Shown: positions 17,535 to 35,239, numbered from the stretch's first letter. The stretch is DNA of 64,000 nucleotides from Escherichia coli (GCF_003018255.1 NZ_CP027440.1); one strand, 5' to 3'. Made by a program: numbers and translations. The notes: generated from the sequence alone by a model not told the origin.

Positions 17535-17612
17535 ACAGGGACTAGCTGATAATCCGTCCATAAGGTTACAATCGGTACAGCAGGTTTTTTCAATTTTATC
17601 CAGGAGACGGAA

Positions 17613-18236
17613 ATGTCATACAGCGGCGAACGAGATAACTTTGCACCCCATATGGCGCTGGTGCCGATGGTCATTGAACAGACCTCACGTGGTGAGCGCT
17701 CTTTTGATATCTATTCTCGTCTACTTAAGGAACGCGTCATTTTTCTGACTGGCCAGGTTGAAGACCACATGGCTAACCTGATTGTGGCGCAGATGCTGTT
17801 CCTGGAAGCAGAAAACCCAGAAAAAGATATCTATCTGTACATTAACTCCCCAGGCGGGGTGATCACTGCCGGGATGTCTATCTATGACACCATGCAGTTT
17901 ATCAAGCCTGATGTCAGCACCATCTGTATGGGCCAGGCGGCTTCGATGGGCGCTTTCTTGCTGACTGCAGGGGCAAAAGGTAAACGTTTCTGCCTGCCGA
18001 ATTCGCGCGTGATGATTCACCAGCCGTTGGGCGGCTACCAGGGCCAGGCGACCGATATCGAAATTCATGCCCGTGAAATTCTGAAAGTTAAAGGGCGCAT
18101 GAATGAACTTATGGCGCTTCATACGGGTCAATCATTAGAACAGATTGAACGTGATACCGAGCGCGATCGCTTCCTTTCCGCCCCTGAAGCGGTGGAATAC
18201 GGTCTGGTCGATTCGATTCTGACCCATCGTAATTGA
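17613..18236 (+). CDS. clpP: ATP-dependent Clp protease proteolytic subunit
   Basis: Track ORF 207 aa; active-site Ser in GQAASMG. Confidence 0.97.
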   Translation: MSYSGERDNFAPHMALVPMVIEQTSRGERSFDIYSRLLKERVIFLTGQVEDHMANLIVAQMLFLEAENPEKDIYLYINSPGGVITAGMSIYDTMQFIKPDVSTICMGQAASMGAFLLTAGAKGKRFCLPNSRVMIHQPLGGYQGQATDIEIHAREILKVKGRMNELMALHTGQSLEQIERDTERDRFLSAPEAVEYGLVDSILTHRN

Positions 18237-18361
18237 TGCCAGAGGCGCAACTGTGCCGCTATACTTATCCAGGGCGGCACAACGCTGTAAGCGGCTTGCG
18301 CCTGAGAATGGCATTTGCGTCGTCGTGTGCGGCACAAAGAACAAAGAAGAGGTTTTGACCC

Positions 18362-19636
18362 ATGACAGATAAACGCAAAGATGGCTCAGGCAAATTGCTG
18401 TATTGCTCTTTTTGCGGCAAAAGCCAGCATGAAGTGCGCAAGCTGATTGCCGGTCCATCCGTGTATATCTGCGACGAATGTGTTGATTTATGTAACGACA
18501 TCATTCGCGAAGAGATTAAAGAAGTTGCACCGCATCGTGAACGCAGTGCGCTACCGACGCCGCATGAAATTCGCAACCACCTGGACGATTACGTTATCGG
18601 CCAGGAACAGGCGAAAAAAGTGCTGGCGGTCGCGGTATACAACCACTACAAACGTCTGCGCAACGGCGATACCAGCAATGGTGTCGAGTTGGGCAAAAGT
18701 AACATTCTGCTGATCGGTCCGACCGGTTCCGGTAAAACGCTGCTGGCTGAAACGCTGGCGCGCCTGCTGGACGTCCCGTTCACCATGGCCGACGCAACCA
18801 CGCTGACCGAAGCCGGTTATGTGGGCGAAGACGTTGAAAACATCATTCAGAAGCTGTTGCAGAAGTGCGATTACGACGTACAGAAAGCGCAGCGCGGGAT
18901 TGTCTACATCGATGAAATCGACAAGATTTCTCGTAAGTCAGACAACCCGTCCATTACCCGAGACGTTTCCGGTGAAGGCGTACAGCAGGCACTGTTGAAA
19001 CTGATCGAAGGTACGGTAGCTGCTGTTCCACCGCAAGGTGGGCGTAAACATCCGCAGCAGGAATTCTTGCAGGTTGATACCTCTAAGATCCTGTTTATTT
19101 GTGGCGGTGCGTTTGCCGGTCTGGATAAAGTGATTTCCCATCGTGTAGAAACCGGCTCCGGCATTGGTTTTGGCGCGACGGTAAAAGCGAAGTCCGACAA
19201 AGCAAGCGAAGGCGAGCTGCTGGCGCAGGTTGAACCGGAAGATCTGATCAAGTTTGGTCTTATCCCTGAGTTTATTGGTCGTCTGCCGGTTGTCGCAACG
19301 TTGAATGAACTGAGCGAAGAAGCTCTGATTCAGATCCTCAAAGAGCCGAAAAACGCCCTGACCAAGCAGTATCAGGCGCTGTTTAATCTGGAAGGCGTGG
19401 ATCTGGAATTCCGTGACGAGGCGCTGGATGCTATCGCTAAGAAAGCGATGGCGCGTAAAACCGGTGCCCGTGGCCTGCGTTCCATCGTAGAAGCCGCACT
19501 GCTCGATACCATGTACGATCTGCCGTCCATGGAAGACGTCGAAAAAGTGGTTATCGACGAATCGGTAATTGATGGTCAAAGCAAGCCGTTGCTGATTTAT
19601 GGCAAGCCGGAAGCGCAACAGGCATCTGGTGAATAA
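18362..19636 (+). CDS. clpX: Clp protease ATP-binding subunit ClpX
   Basis: Track ORF 424 aa; N-terminal zinc-binding CSFCGK...CDEC; Walker A GPTGSGKT. Confidence 0.97.
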
Positions 19637-19668
19637 TTAACCATTCCCATACAATTAGTTAACCAAAA

Positions 19669-19698
19669 AGGGGGGATTTTATCTCCCCTTTAATTTTT
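19669..19698 (+). terminator. probable terminator after clpX (GGGGA/TCCCC stem, U-rich tail)
   Basis: Hairpin and T-rich run read from sequence. Confidence 0.6.
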
Positions 19699-19713
19699 CC
19701 TCTATTCTCGGCG

Positions 19714-19740
19714 TTGAATGTGGGGGAAACATCCCCATAT
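19714..19740 (+). promoter_or_regulatory. sigma-32 heat-shock promoter of lon (TTGAAT-N13-CCCCATAT)
   Basis: Motifs read about 85-110 nt upstream of lon ATG. Confidence 0.7.
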
Positions 19741-19823
19741 ACTGACGTACATGTTAATAGATGGCGTGAAGCACAGTCGTGTCATCTGATTACCTGGCGG
19801 AAATTAAACTAAGAGAGAGCTCT

Positions 19824-22178
19824 ATGAATCCTGAGCGTTCTGAACGCATTGAAATCCCCGTATTGCCGCTGCGCGATGTGGTGGTTTATCCGCACATGGT
19901 CATCCCCTTATTTGTCGGGCGGGAAAAATCTATCCGTTGTCTGGAAGCGGCGATGGACCATGATAAAAAAATTATGCTGGTCGCGCAGAAAGAAGCTTCA
20001 ACGGATGAGCCGGGTGTAAACGATCTTTTCACCGTCGGGACCGTGGCCTCTATATTGCAGATGCTGAAACTGCCTGACGGCACCGTCAAAGTGCTGGTCG
20101 AGGGGTTACAGCGCGCGCGTATTTCTGCGCTCTCTGACAATGGCGAACACTTTTCTGCGAAGGCGGAGTATCTGGAGTCGCCGACCATTGATGAGCGGGA
20201 ACAGGAAGTGCTGGTGCGTACTGCAATCAGCCAGTTCGAAGGCTACATCAAGCTGAACAAAAAAATCCCACCAGAAGTGCTGACGTCGCTGAATAGCATC
20301 GACGACCCGGCGCGTCTGGCGGATACCATTGCTGCACATATGCCGCTGAAACTGGCTGACAAACAGTCCGTTCTGGAGATGTCCGACGTTAACGAACGTC
20401 TGGAATATCTGATGGCAATGATGGAATCGGAAATCGATCTGCTGCAGGTTGAGAAACGCATTCGCAACCGCGTTAAAAAGCAGATGGAGAAATCCCAGCG
20501 TGAGTACTATCTGAACGAGCAAATGAAAGCTATTCAGAAAGAACTCGGTGAAATGGACGACGCGCCGGACGAAAACGAAGCCCTGAAGCGCAAAATTGAC
20601 GCGGCGAAAATGCCGAAAGAGGCAAAAGAGAAAGCGGAAGCAGAGTTGCAGAAGCTGAAAATGATGTCTCCGATGTCGGCAGAAGCGACCGTAGTGCGTG
20701 GTTATATCGACTGGATGGTACAGGTGCCGTGGAATGCGCGCAGCAAGGTCAAAAAAGACCTGCGTCAGGCGCAGGAAATCCTTGATACCGACCATTATGG
20801 TCTGGAGCGCGTGAAAGATCGCATCCTTGAGTATCTTGCGGTTCAAAGCCGTGTCAACAAAATCAAGGGACCGATCCTCTGCCTGGTAGGGCCGCCGGGG
20901 GTAGGTAAAACCTCTCTTGGTCAGTCCATTGCCAAAGCCACCGGGCGTAAATATGTCCGTATGGCGCTGGGCGGCGTGCGTGATGAAGCGGAAATCCGTG
21001 GTCACCGCCGTACTTACATCGGTTCTATGCCGGGTAAACTGATCCAGAAAATGGCGAAAGTGGGCGTGAAAAACCCGCTGTTCCTGCTCGATGAGATCGA
21101 CAAAATGTCTTCTGACATGCGTGGCGATCCGGCCTCCGCACTGCTTGAAGTGCTGGATCCAGAGCAGAACGTAGCGTTCAGCGACCACTACCTGGAAGTG
21201 GATTACGACCTTAGCGACGTGATGTTTGTCGCGACGTCGAACTCCATGAACATTCCGGCACCGCTGCTGGATCGTATGGAAGTGATTCGCCTCTCCGGTT
21301 ATACCGAAGATGAAAAACTGAACATCGCCAAACGTCACCTGCTGCCGAAGCAGATTGAACGTAATGCACTGAAAAAAGGTGAGCTGACCGTCGACGATAG
21401 CGCCATTATCGGCATTATTCGTTACTACACCCGTGAGGCGGGCGTGCGTGGTCTGGAGCGTGAAATCTCCAAACTGTGTCGCAAAGCGGTTAAGCAGTTA
21501 CTGCTCGATAAGTCATTAAAACATATCGAAATTAACGGCGATAACCTGCATGACTATCTCGGTGTTCAGCGCTTCGACTATGGTCGCGCGGATAACGAAA
21601 ACCGTGTCGGTCAGGTAACTGGTCTGGCGTGGACGGAAGTGGGCGGTGACTTGCTGACCATTGAAACCGCGTGCGTTCCGGGTAAAGGCAAACTGACCTA
21701 TACCGGATCGCTTGGCGAAGTGATGCAGGAGTCCATTCAGGCGGCGTTAACGGTGGTTCGTGCGCGTGCGGAAAAACTGGGGATCAACCCTGATTTTTAT
21801 GAAAAACGCGACATCCACGTCCACGTACCGGAAGGTGCGACGCCGAAAGATGGTCCGAGTGCCGGTATTGCTATGTGCACCGCGCTGGTTTCTTGCCTGA
21901 CCGGTAACCCGGTTCGTGCTGATGTGGCAATGACCGGTGAGATCACTCTGCGTGGTCAGGTACTGCCTATCGGTGGTTTGAAAGAAAAACTACTGGCAGC
22001 GCATCGCGGCGGGATCAAAACAGTGTTAATTCCGTTCGAAAATAAACGCGATCTGGAAGAGATTCCTGACAACGTAATTGCCGATCTGGATATTCATCCT
22101 GTGAAACGCATTGAGGAAGTTCTGACTCTGGCGCTGCAAAATGAACCGTCTGGCATGCAGGTTGTGACTGCAAAATAG
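19824..22178 (+). CDS. lon: Lon protease
   Basis: Track ORF 19779..22178 trimmed to [16 protein letters not shown] (784 aa); Walker A GPPGVGKT; catalytic Ser in PKDGPSAG. Confidence 0.97.
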   Translation: MNPERSERIEIPVLPLRDVVVYPHMVIPLFVGREKSIRCLEAAMDHDKKIMLVAQKEASTDEPGVNDLFTVGTVASILQMLKLPDGTVKVLVEGLQRARISALSDNGEHFSAKAEYLESPTIDEREQEVLVRTAISQFEGYIKLNKKIPPEVLTSLNSIDDPARLADTIAAHMPLKLADKQSVLEMSDVNERLEYLMAMMESEIDLLQVEKRIRNRVKKQMEKSQREYYLNEQMKAIQKELGEMDDAPDENEALKRKIDAAKMPKEAKEKAEAELQKLKMMSPMSAEATVVRGYIDWMVQVPWNARSKVKKDLRQAQEILDTDHYGLERVKDRILEYLAVQSRVNKIKGPILCLVGPPGVGKTSLGQSIAKATGRKYVRMALGGVRDEAEIRGHRRTYIGSMPGKLIQKMAKVGVKNPLFLLDEIDKMSSDMRGDPASALLEVLDPEQNVAFSDHYLEVDYDLSDVMFVATSNSMNIPAPLLDRMEVIRLSGYTEDEKLNIAKRHLLPKQIERNALKKGELTVDDSAIIGIIRYYTREAGVRGLEREISKLCRKAVKQLLLDKSLKHIEINGDNLHDYLGVQRFDYGRADNENRVGQVTGLAWTEVGGDLLTIETACVPGKGKLTYTGSLGEVMQESIQAALTVVRARAEKLGINPDFYEKRDIHVHVPEGATPKDGPSAGIAMCTALVSCLTGNPVRADVAMTGEITLRGQVLPIGGLKEKLLAAHRGGIKTVLIPFENKRDLEEIPDNVIADLDIHPVKRIEEVLTLALQNEPSGMQVVTAK

Positions 22179-22210
22179 TGACCTCGCGCAAAATGCACTA
22201 ATAAAAACAG

Positions 22211-22247
22211 GGCTGGCAGGCTAATTCGGACTTGCCAGCCTTTTTTT
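22211..22247 (+). terminator. Rho-independent terminator after lon
   Basis: GGCTGGCAGG...CTTGCCAGCC stem followed by T7. Confidence 0.8.
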
Positions 22248-22386
22248 GTCTCGCTAAGTTAGATGGCGGATTGGGCTTGCCCTTATTAAGGGGTGTTGTA
22301 AGGGGATGGCTGGCCTGATATAACTGCTGCGCGTTCGTACCTTGAAGGATTCAAGTGCGATATAAATTATAAAGAGGAAGAGAAGA

Positions 22387-22659
22387 GTGAATAAATCTCA
22401 ATTGATCGACAAGATTGCTGCAGGGGCTGATATCTCTAAAGCTGCGGCTGGCCGTGCGTTAGATGCTATTATTGCTTCCGTAACTGAATCTCTGAAAGAA
22501 GGGGATGATGTAGCACTGGTAGGTTTTGGTACTTTTGCCGTTAAAGAGCGTGCTGCCCGTACTGGCCGCAATCCGCAGACCGGTAAAGAGATCACCATCG
22601 CTGCTGCTAAAGTACCGAGCTTCCGTGCAGGTAAAGCACTGAAAGACGCGGTAAACTAA
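22387..22659 (+). CDS. hupB: DNA-binding protein HU-beta
   Basis: Track ORF 90 aa starting at GTG 22387. Confidence 0.95.
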
Positions 22660-22694
22660 GCGTTGTCCCCAGTGGGGATGTGACGAAGTTCAAG

Positions 22695-22721
22695 GGCGCA
22701 TCTACTGATGTGCCTTTTTTA
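22695..22721 (+). terminator. Rho-independent terminator after hupB
   Basis: GGCGCATC-tact-GATGTGCC stem followed by T6. Confidence 0.8.
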
Positions 22722-22850
22722 TTTGTATTCGGTGACTTTCTGCGTCTTGTGGGCTGACAATTGCCCCCGTTTCTTGTCACAATATGCCTTTGCGCGCATC
22801 GATACGTTGCGTGAGGTACACAGTCATCTACAGCGGAGTGTTGTTACACC

Positions 22851-25296
<2,446 letters not shown>

Positions 25297-25337
25297 TGAC
25301 CTCTGTACTTATAACAACAACGTAAGGTTCTCGCGCT

Positions 25338-25736
25338 ATGCAAACACAAATCAAAGTTCGTGGATATCATCTCGATGTTTACCAGCACGTTAATAACGCC
25401 CGCTATCTGGAGTTTCTCGAAGAAGCCCGCTGGGATGGGTTGGAAAATAGCGACAGTTTTCAGTGGATGACGGCCCATAACATCGCTTTCGTGGTGGTGA
25501 ATATCAATATTAACTATCGTCGCCCGGCGGTATTAAGCGACTTGTTAACCATTACGAGCCAGTTACAGCAATTAAACGGTAAAAGCGGCATCTTAAGCCA
25601 GGTCATTACACTGGAGCCGGAAGGGCAGGTGGTAGCGGATGCGCTTATTACGTTTGTTTGTATTGATCTTAAAACGCAGAAAGCATTAGCTCTGGAAGGG
25701 GAATTGCGCGAAAAGCTCGAGCAGATGGTTAAGTAA
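25338..25736 (+). CDS. fadM: acyl-CoA thioesterase III
   Basis: Track ORF 132 aa, hotdog-fold thioesterase. Confidence 0.92.
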   Translation: MQTQIKVRGYHLDVYQHVNNARYLEFLEEARWDGLENSDSFQWMTAHNIAFVVVNININYRRPAVLSDLLTITSQLQQLNGKSGILSQVITLEPEGQVVADALITFVCIDLKTQKALALEGELREKLEQMVK

Positions 25737-25748
25737 ACGTTTTGTGGT

Positions 25749-25773
25749 GCCGGATGCTCAAGCCGCATCCGGC
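25749..25773. repeat. REP-like palindrome GCCGGATGC-N7-GCATCCGGC between convergent fadM and queC
   Basis: Perfect 9-bp inverted repeat read from sequence; likely bidirectional terminator. Confidence 0.6.
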
Positions 25774-25787
25774 GACACCCGGAATAA

Positions 25788-26483
25788 TTACTTCAACCCG
25801 GTTTTCTGCTTCATCGCTGCCATCACCGTCGGTTTATCGGCCAGATAATGATGCAAACCGTTGGCACGTAAATTACACGCCGCACAATGACCGCAACCGT
25901 CGCCTTTAATGCCGTTATAACAGGTCAGCGTTTCGTTACGGACTAAATCCAGCTTGCCGTAATAATCTGCCAGCGCCCAGGTTTCCGCTTTATCAATCCA
26001 CATCAGCGGCGTTTCAAAACGAATGTCTTTCGCCATACCCAGACTGACGGCATGGTTCAGTGCTTTCACAAACTCATCGCGGCAATCCGGGTAGCCGGAG
26101 AAATCCGTTTCGCAGACGCCGGTAATCACCGCTTCTGCTTTTACCTGATACGCATATATTGCCGCCAGTGTCAGGAACAAAATATTACGCCCAGGGACAA
26201 ACGTATTCGGGATGCCATCGGCTTCAGGTTCATAATCTGGCACTGGAATGCTGTCACGTGTCAGGCTGCTGACCGCCAGCTCGTTGAGCAGCGTTACATC
26301 AAGAACCTTATGCGCGCGTGCCCCCAGTTTCAGCGCCAGTTCGCGTGCCACGTCGATTTCCGCGCGATGTCGCTGACCGTAATCGAACGTCACGCAATGG
26401 ACTTCATCATATTGTTGTAATGCCTGCACCAGACAGGTGGTAGAATCCTGGCCTCCACTGAACACAACGACAGCACGTTTCAT
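25788..26483 (-). CDS. queC: 7-cyano-7-deazaguanine synthase
   Basis: Track ORF 231 aa; PP-loop VVFSGGQDS; C-terminal Zn-binding Cys cluster CGHCAAC. Confidence 0.95.
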   Translation of the reverse strand: MKRAVVVFSGGQDSTTCLVQALQQYDEVHCVTFDYGQRHRAEIDVARELALKLGARAHKVLDVTLLNELAVSSLTRDSIPVPDYEPEADGIPNTFVPGRNILFLTLAAIYAYQVKAEAVITGVCETDFSGYPDCRDEFVKALNHAVSLGMAKDIRFETPLMWIDKAETWALADYYGKLDLVRNETLTCYNGIKGDGCGHCAACNLRANGLHHYLADKPTVMAAMKQKTGLK

Positions 26484-26547
26484 AGATAATCCTGCTTGAA
26501 CAATAAAAGCGTTATGGTAACGCCTGCGATGAACCCGGACCAGCTAT

Positions 26548-28248
26548 TCATTGCGACGGCGCGGGAAGCCAGGCTTCGGTAAATTCAAACCAGCCTCGCG
26601 GTGTCAGTCGCACACCGTTCACGCCGGGAGGGGCGCTAATGCGATAGTGATAGTTGAACAGCGGCGTCAGCGTCGCATCTGCCATTAACTGGCTAAAAAC
26701 CGCTTTCAGGGCATTAAATCGGTTTTCCTCATCAGGCATTACTTGCACCGCGTCCAGTGTCGATTGCAAATGTGCATATGCTGGAGCGTCGAAAACATGT
26801 GGCCATAGTGGATCGCAACGCAGCCATTGCTCCAGGGTATATTCCGGTGCTTCGCCAATTAATCTGTCGCCCATCATGAGGTCTGCGTGTGCCAGTAGGG
26901 TCGTGTCGTCCCAGTTTTTTGCGTTATGAAAAATAATTGTGAGTTCACAGCCTTCCGCTGCCAGTGTCGCCTGTAGACGTTCTGCCATGGTATGAAGTTC
27001 TATCGGTAGGTGATAAACCAGCGTCAAGGTTTTCGGTAGTTTGACCTCATCCGGTACTTGCCATTGCGGAATAGTCCAGCCTGGCAGTAATGCATGACTG
27101 GCGGTGATCAGGTTTTCTCCGACTTCTAACGTTTGTAATAAACCGGATTGATGAATAATGGAAATCACTTTTCGCGCCTGCCAGAGGGACAGTCGGGGAC
27201 TTTTGCGCAACGTTAAATAGCAAAAACCTAAACTGATGCCACTACTGACCTGGCTGACCCGTTGCAGCTCCTCCGGTTTGCCGATGGTGATTTGCACGGG
27301 ATGCCGACAACTGGTTCCCAAATCTTTTTCGAAAAGCGGCGGAGTTATCCAGTACTCAACCGCTTTAAGCAGCGGATGACGTAAATGGTAATAATCATGG
27401 CTTTCCAGGCGCACCAGCTCCGCTGTGAATTGTGTTAAGCGAAAAGGACCCGTGCCGATCAGTGGGAATTGCGGATGCGCCAGATGGCTGCAATAGCTCG
27501 CCAGTCGGTGCGCAAGCCAGTAATCGGGGCGATGTAAAAAGAAGGTCAGACACTGCGGATGGGTGACTTCAATACGCTTCACGCTAATAAATAATTGATC
27601 CAGTGCTGGCAGTTGTAACAGCAGCAATAATCGCTGGTGTAAGTGTGAGGCTTTTACTGCATCGCCGTTATGCCAGTGTAGGGTTGAACGAAGATAAAAG
27701 TCCCAGCGTAACCCGTCAGTAGAGGTTTCCCAGTGATGTGCTAAATCGCCAATCGGGCGCTGAGTATTATTATCGAAGCGGGTCAGGCCGGAAAATATCT
27801 GCCCGGCCAGATGCTGCTCGGCACGGCCGGGCAAAAAGCCCGGTTGTAGCGGTTCGAGCGGGCGATAGTAGGGAATACGCAACGTGGGCGTATCGTTTTG
27901 CCATTGTCCGCCCATAAACGGCTGTAACAGAGTGCGCAGCTCACCTGGGGCCAGTTGCGCCAGCTCCAGCACATCTTGCTGCTTTCCGGTTTCCAGCGCC
28001 TGTTCCATCATCGCATTGCGTAGCGATTCTGGCGTGACCAGAAAGCGTAGTTGCCCGCGTTTTCCGCGTCCTGACTGCGCCTGCCACTCCAGCCATCCCG
28101 CCTCCTGTGCCTGGCGTAACAGCGTACGAACATGGCGTTCGCTGCAAAAACAGCGTTCGGCCAGTTCGCTGACGGTGACGGTTTGCGGCTTTCCGGCGGA
28201 AGGTTGCCACAGACGTTGATACTGGTTAAGACGGTTGAGCAGTCGCAT
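26548..28248 (-). CDS. ybaE: uncharacterized solute-binding-protein-like protein YbaE
   Basis: Track ORF 26548..28263 trimmed to MRLLNRLNQYQRLW (566 aa, from recalled protein length); function not known to me. Confidence 0.85.
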   Translation of the reverse strand: MRLLNRLNQYQRLWQPSAGKPQTVTVSELAERCFCSERHVRTLLRQAQEAGWLEWQAQSGRGKRGQLRFLVTPESLRNAMMEQALETGKQQDVLELAQLAPGELRTLLQPFMGGQWQNDTPTLRIPYYRPLEPLQPGFLPGRAEQHLAGQIFSGLTRFDNNTQRPIGDLAHHWETSTDGLRWDFYLRSTLHWHNGDAVKASHLHQRLLLLLQLPALDQLFISVKRIEVTHPQCLTFFLHRPDYWLAHRLASYCSHLAHPQFPLIGTGPFRLTQFTAELVRLESHDYYHLRHPLLKAVEYWITPPLFEKDLGTSCRHPVQITIGKPEELQRVSQVSSGISLGFCYLTLRKSPRLSLWQARKVISIIHQSGLLQTLEVGENLITASHALLPGWTIPQWQVPDEVKLPKTLTLVYHLPIELHTMAERLQATLAAEGCELTIIFHNAKNWDDTTLLAHADLMMGDRLIGEAPEYTLEQWLRCDPLWPHVFDAPAYAHLQSTLDAVQVMPDEENRFNALKAVFSQLMADATLTPLFNYHYRISAPPGVNGVRLTPRGWFEFTEAWLPAPSQ

Positions 28249-28347
28249 ATAAACCCGGAACAATATTATTTAACTATTCACTATTACTTCCGTATATATC
28301 AGGTGATACTCAATCACCATTAACCGTGTCACAGAGTGGAGAAAGAA

Positions 28348-29166
28348 ATGGCTCGTCTGGCAGCATTTGATATGGATGGCACTTTATTGATGCCTGACCA
28401 TCATTTAGGTGAGAAAACCCTCTCTACTTTGGCGCGACTGCGTGAACGCGACATTACCCTCACTTTTGCCACTGGGCGTCATGCGCTGGAGATGCAGCAT
28501 ATTCTCGGGGCGCTATCGCTGGATGCATATTTGATTACCGGCAACGGAACGCGCGTGCATTCTCTGGAAGGTGAACTTTTACATCGTGATGATTTACCTG
28601 CGGATGTCGCGGAGCTGGTGCTGTATCAGCAGTGGGATACCCGAGCCAGCATGCATATCTTCAATGACGACGGTTGGTTTACCGGGAAAGAGATCCCTGC
28701 GTTGTTGCAGGCATTTGTCTATAGTGGTTTTCGTTATCAGATAATCGATGTCAAAAAAATGCCACTCGGCAGCGTCACCAAGATCTGCTTCTGTGGCGAT
28801 CACGACGATCTTACACGCTTGCAGATCCAGCTATACGAAGCATTAGGCGAGCGTGCACATTTGTGTTTTTCCGCCACGGATTGCCTCGAAGTGCTGCCGG
28901 TGGGCTGCAATAAAGGCGCTGCATTGACGGTGCTGACCCAACATTTAGGTTTATCGTTGCGCGATTGCATGGCCTTTGGTGATGCGATGAACGATCGCGA
29001 AATGTTAGGCAACGTCGGTAGCGGATTTATTATGGGCAATGCGATGCCGCAATTGCGCGCGGAGCTCCCGCATTTACCGGTGATTGGACATTGCCGAAAT
29101 CAGGCTGTCTCTCACTATTTGACGCACTGGCTGGACTATCCACATCTACCTTATTCCCCCGAATAA
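28348..29166 (+). CDS. cof: HAD-superfamily HMP-PP phosphatase Cof
   Basis: Track ORF 28336..29166 trimmed to [14 protein letters not shown] (HAD motif I DMDGT). Confidence 0.92.
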
Positions 29167-29318
29167 CGAGATCCCTTCCAGCACCGGGCAATTGCCCGGT
29201 TTTTTTTGCGTTGAATTTGTCATTTTGTGCCGTGGTGTTTAAACCGCACAGAATAAATTGTCGCGATTTCACCTTTAAAATAGAATTAAAAGAGAAAAAA
29301 ATTCTCTGTGGAAGGGCT

Positions 29319-29777
29319 ATGTTAGATAAAATTGACCGTAAGCTGCTGGCCTTACTACAGCAGGATTGTACCCTCTCTTTGCAGGCACTGGCTGAAGCCG
29401 TTAATCTGACAACCACCCCGTGCTGGAAGCGTCTGAAACGGCTGGAGGACGACGGTATTCTTATCGGCAAAGTCGCCCTGCTGGATCCGGAAAAAATAGG
29501 CCTCGGCCTGACCGCCTTTGTGCTGATAAAAACGCAACATCACAGCAGCGAATGGTATTGCCGCTTTGTCACGGTGGTTACCGAAATGCCAGAAGTGCTG
29601 GGGTTCTGGCGCATGGCCGGTGAATACGATTATCTGATGCGCGTCCAGGTTGCCGACATGAAACGCTACGACGAGTTTTATAAGCGTTTGGTAAACAGCG
29701 TGCCGGGGCTGTCGGACGTCACTTCCAGCTTCGCGATGGAACAGATTAAATACACCACTTCTTTACCCATCGAATAA
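29319..29777 (+). CDS. decR: Lrp/AsnC-family transcriptional regulator DecR (YbaO)
   Basis: Track ORF 29091..29777 trimmed to [16 protein letters not shown] (152 aa). Confidence 0.9.
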
Positions 29778-29806
29778 ATATCCAGAATCAGGTCAGGACA
29801 CAACGC

Positions 29807-33353
<3,547 letters not shown>

Positions 33354-33396
33354 ATAGCGCAATATTTCATCGTTGGTGCAAAAATGTAACGCACTG

Positions 33397-33413
33397 TGCA
33401 CTGTCATAGTGCG
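33397..33413. promoter_or_regulatory. candidate NtrC-type site (TGCACT-N5-AGTGCG) upstream of glnK
   Basis: Partial match to TGCACC-N5-GGTGCA read about 55-70 nt upstream of the sigma-54 promoter. Confidence 0.4.
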
Positions 33414-33465
33414 TTTTTGTTTTCAATCTTCTTAACTTCCTGCTCTCCTTCTCGTTTTTCATTTC

Positions 33466-33481
33466 TGGCACACCGCTTGCA
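33466..33481 (+). promoter_or_regulatory. sigma-54 promoter of glnK-amtB (TGGCAC-N5-TTGCA)
   Basis: Exact -24 GG / -12 GC consensus read about 55 nt upstream of glnK ATG. Confidence 0.8.
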
Positions 33482-33533
33482 ATACCTTCTTCGTGTAGCA
33501 GAACCATTACCGAATTCTGACCGGAGGGGATCT

Positions 33534-33872
33534 ATGAAGCTGGTGACCGTGATAATCAAACCATTCAAGCTGGAAGACGTTCGTGAAGCGTTATCTTCCA
33601 TTGGTATTCAGGGCCTGACCGTCACCGAAGTGAAAGGTTTCGGGCGTCAGAAAGGGCATGCCGAGCTGTACCGGGGAGCGGAATACAGCGTCAACTTTCT
33701 GCCAAAAGTAAAAATTGATGTGGCGATTGCTGATGACCAACTCGATGAAGTGATCGATATCGTCAGTAAGGCGGCTTACACCGGAAAAATTGGCGACGGC
33801 AAAATCTTTGTCGCTGAATTGCAACGCGTCATTCGTATTCGTACCGGCGAAGCCGACGAAGCGGCGCTGTAA
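33534..33872 (+). CDS. glnK: nitrogen regulatory protein PII-2
   Basis: Track ORF 33396..33872 trimmed to MKLVTVIIKPFKLEDV (112 aa). Confidence 0.95.
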   Translation: MKLVTVIIKPFKLEDVREALSSIGIQGLTVTEVKGFGRQKGHAELYRGAEYSVNFLPKVKIDVAIADDQLDEVIDIVSKAAYTGKIGDGKIFVAELQRVIRIRTGEADEAAL

Positions 33873-33901
33873 TCTCTGGCACACAGCAACAGGAACGAAA
33901 A

Positions 33902-35188
33902 ATGAAGATAGCGACGATAAAAACTGGGCTTGCTTCACTGGCGATGCTGCCGGGACTGGTAATGGCTGCACCTGCGGTGGCCGATAAAGCCGACAATGCG
34001 TTTATGATGATCTGTACTGCGCTGGTGCTGTTTATGACTATTCCGGGGATTGCCCTGTTTTACGGTGGGTTGATTCGCGGCAAAAACGTGCTGTCGATGC
34101 TGACGCAGGTGACGGTGACGTTTGCACTGGTCTGTATTCTCTGGGTGGTTTACGGTTACTCGCTGGCGTTTGGTGAGGGCAACAACTTCTTCGGCAACAT
34201 TAACTGGCTGATGCTGAAAAACATCGAACTGACGGCGGTGATGGGCAGCATTTATCAGTATATCCACGTAGCGTTTCAGGGATCGTTTGCCTGCATTACC
34301 GTAGGCTTGATAGTTGGGGCGCTGGCGGAACGAATCCGCTTCTCAGCTGTGTTGATTTTCGTGGTGGTATGGCTGACGCTCTCCTACATTCCGATTGCGC
34401 ATATGGTGTGGGGCGGTGGTTTGCTGGCTTCTCACGGTGCGCTGGATTTCGCGGGTGGCACGGTGGTGCACATTAACGCCGCAATCGCCGGTCTGGTGGG
34501 CGCATATCTGATAGGCAAACGCGTGGGCTTCGGTAAAGAGGCGTTTAAACCGCACAACCTGCCGATGGTCTTCACCGGGACTGCCATTCTCTATATCGGT
34601 TGGTTTGGCTTTAACGCCGGGTCAGCGGGCACGGCGAATGAAATCGCGGCACTGGCATTTGTGAATACTGTGGTCGCAACGGCGGCGGCAATTCTTGGCT
34701 GGATCTTCGGTGAATGGGCGCTGCGCGGAAAGCCTTCACTGCTGGGAGCGTGTTCTGGTGCGATTGCCGGTCTGGTCGGCGTGACGCCAGCGTGTGGCTA
34801 CATTGGTGTTGGCGGCGCGTTGATTATCGGCGTGGTAGCTGGTCTGGCGGGCTTGTGGGGCGTTACCATGCTCAAACGCTTGCTGCGGGTGGATGATCCC
34901 TGCGATGTCTTCGGTGTGCACGGCGTTTGTGGCATTGTCGGCTGTATCATGACCGGGATTTTTGCCGCCAGCTCGCTGGGCGGCGTGGGCTTCGCTGACG
35001 GTGTGACGATGGGCCATCAGTTGCTGGTACAGCTGGAAAGCATCGCCATTACGATCGTCTGGTCCGGTGTGGTGGCGTTTATTGGCTACAAACTGGCAGA
35101 TCTGACGGTTGGCCTGCGTGTGCCGGAAGAACAGGAGCGAGAAGGGCTGGATGTCAACAGCCATGGCGAGAATGCATATAACGCGTAA
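33902..35188 (+). CDS. amtB: ammonium transporter
   Basis: Track ORF 428 aa with signal peptide; 29 nt after glnK. Confidence 0.96.
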   Translation: MKIATIKTGLASLAMLPGLVMAAPAVADKADNAFMMICTALVLFMTIPGIALFYGGLIRGKNVLSMLTQVTVTFALVCILWVVYGYSLAFGEGNNFFGNINWLMLKNIELTAVMGSIYQYIHVAFQGSFACITVGLIVGALAERIRFSAVLIFVVVWLTLSYIPIAHMVWGGGLLASHGALDFAGGTVVHINAAIAGLVGAYLIGKRVGFGKEAFKPHNLPMVFTGTAILYIGWFGFNAGSAGTANEIAALAFVNTVVATAAAILGWIFGEWALRGKPSLLGACSGAIAGLVGVTPACGYIGVGGALIIGVVAGLAGLWGVTMLKRLLRVDDPCDVFGVHGVCGIVGCIMTGIFAASSLGGVGFADGVTMGHQLLVQLESIAITIVWSGVVAFIGYKLADLTVGLRVPEEQEREGLDVNSHGENAYNA

Positions 35189-35199
35189 CAAGCACTGCA

Positions 35200-35239
35200 A
35201 AAAAACAGCCGGACGGTTTTCACCTCCGGCTATTTTTTT
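35200..35239. terminator. bidirectional terminator between convergent amtB and tesB
   Basis: AGCCGGA...TCCGGCT hairpin flanked by A6 and T7 runs. Confidence 0.7.
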
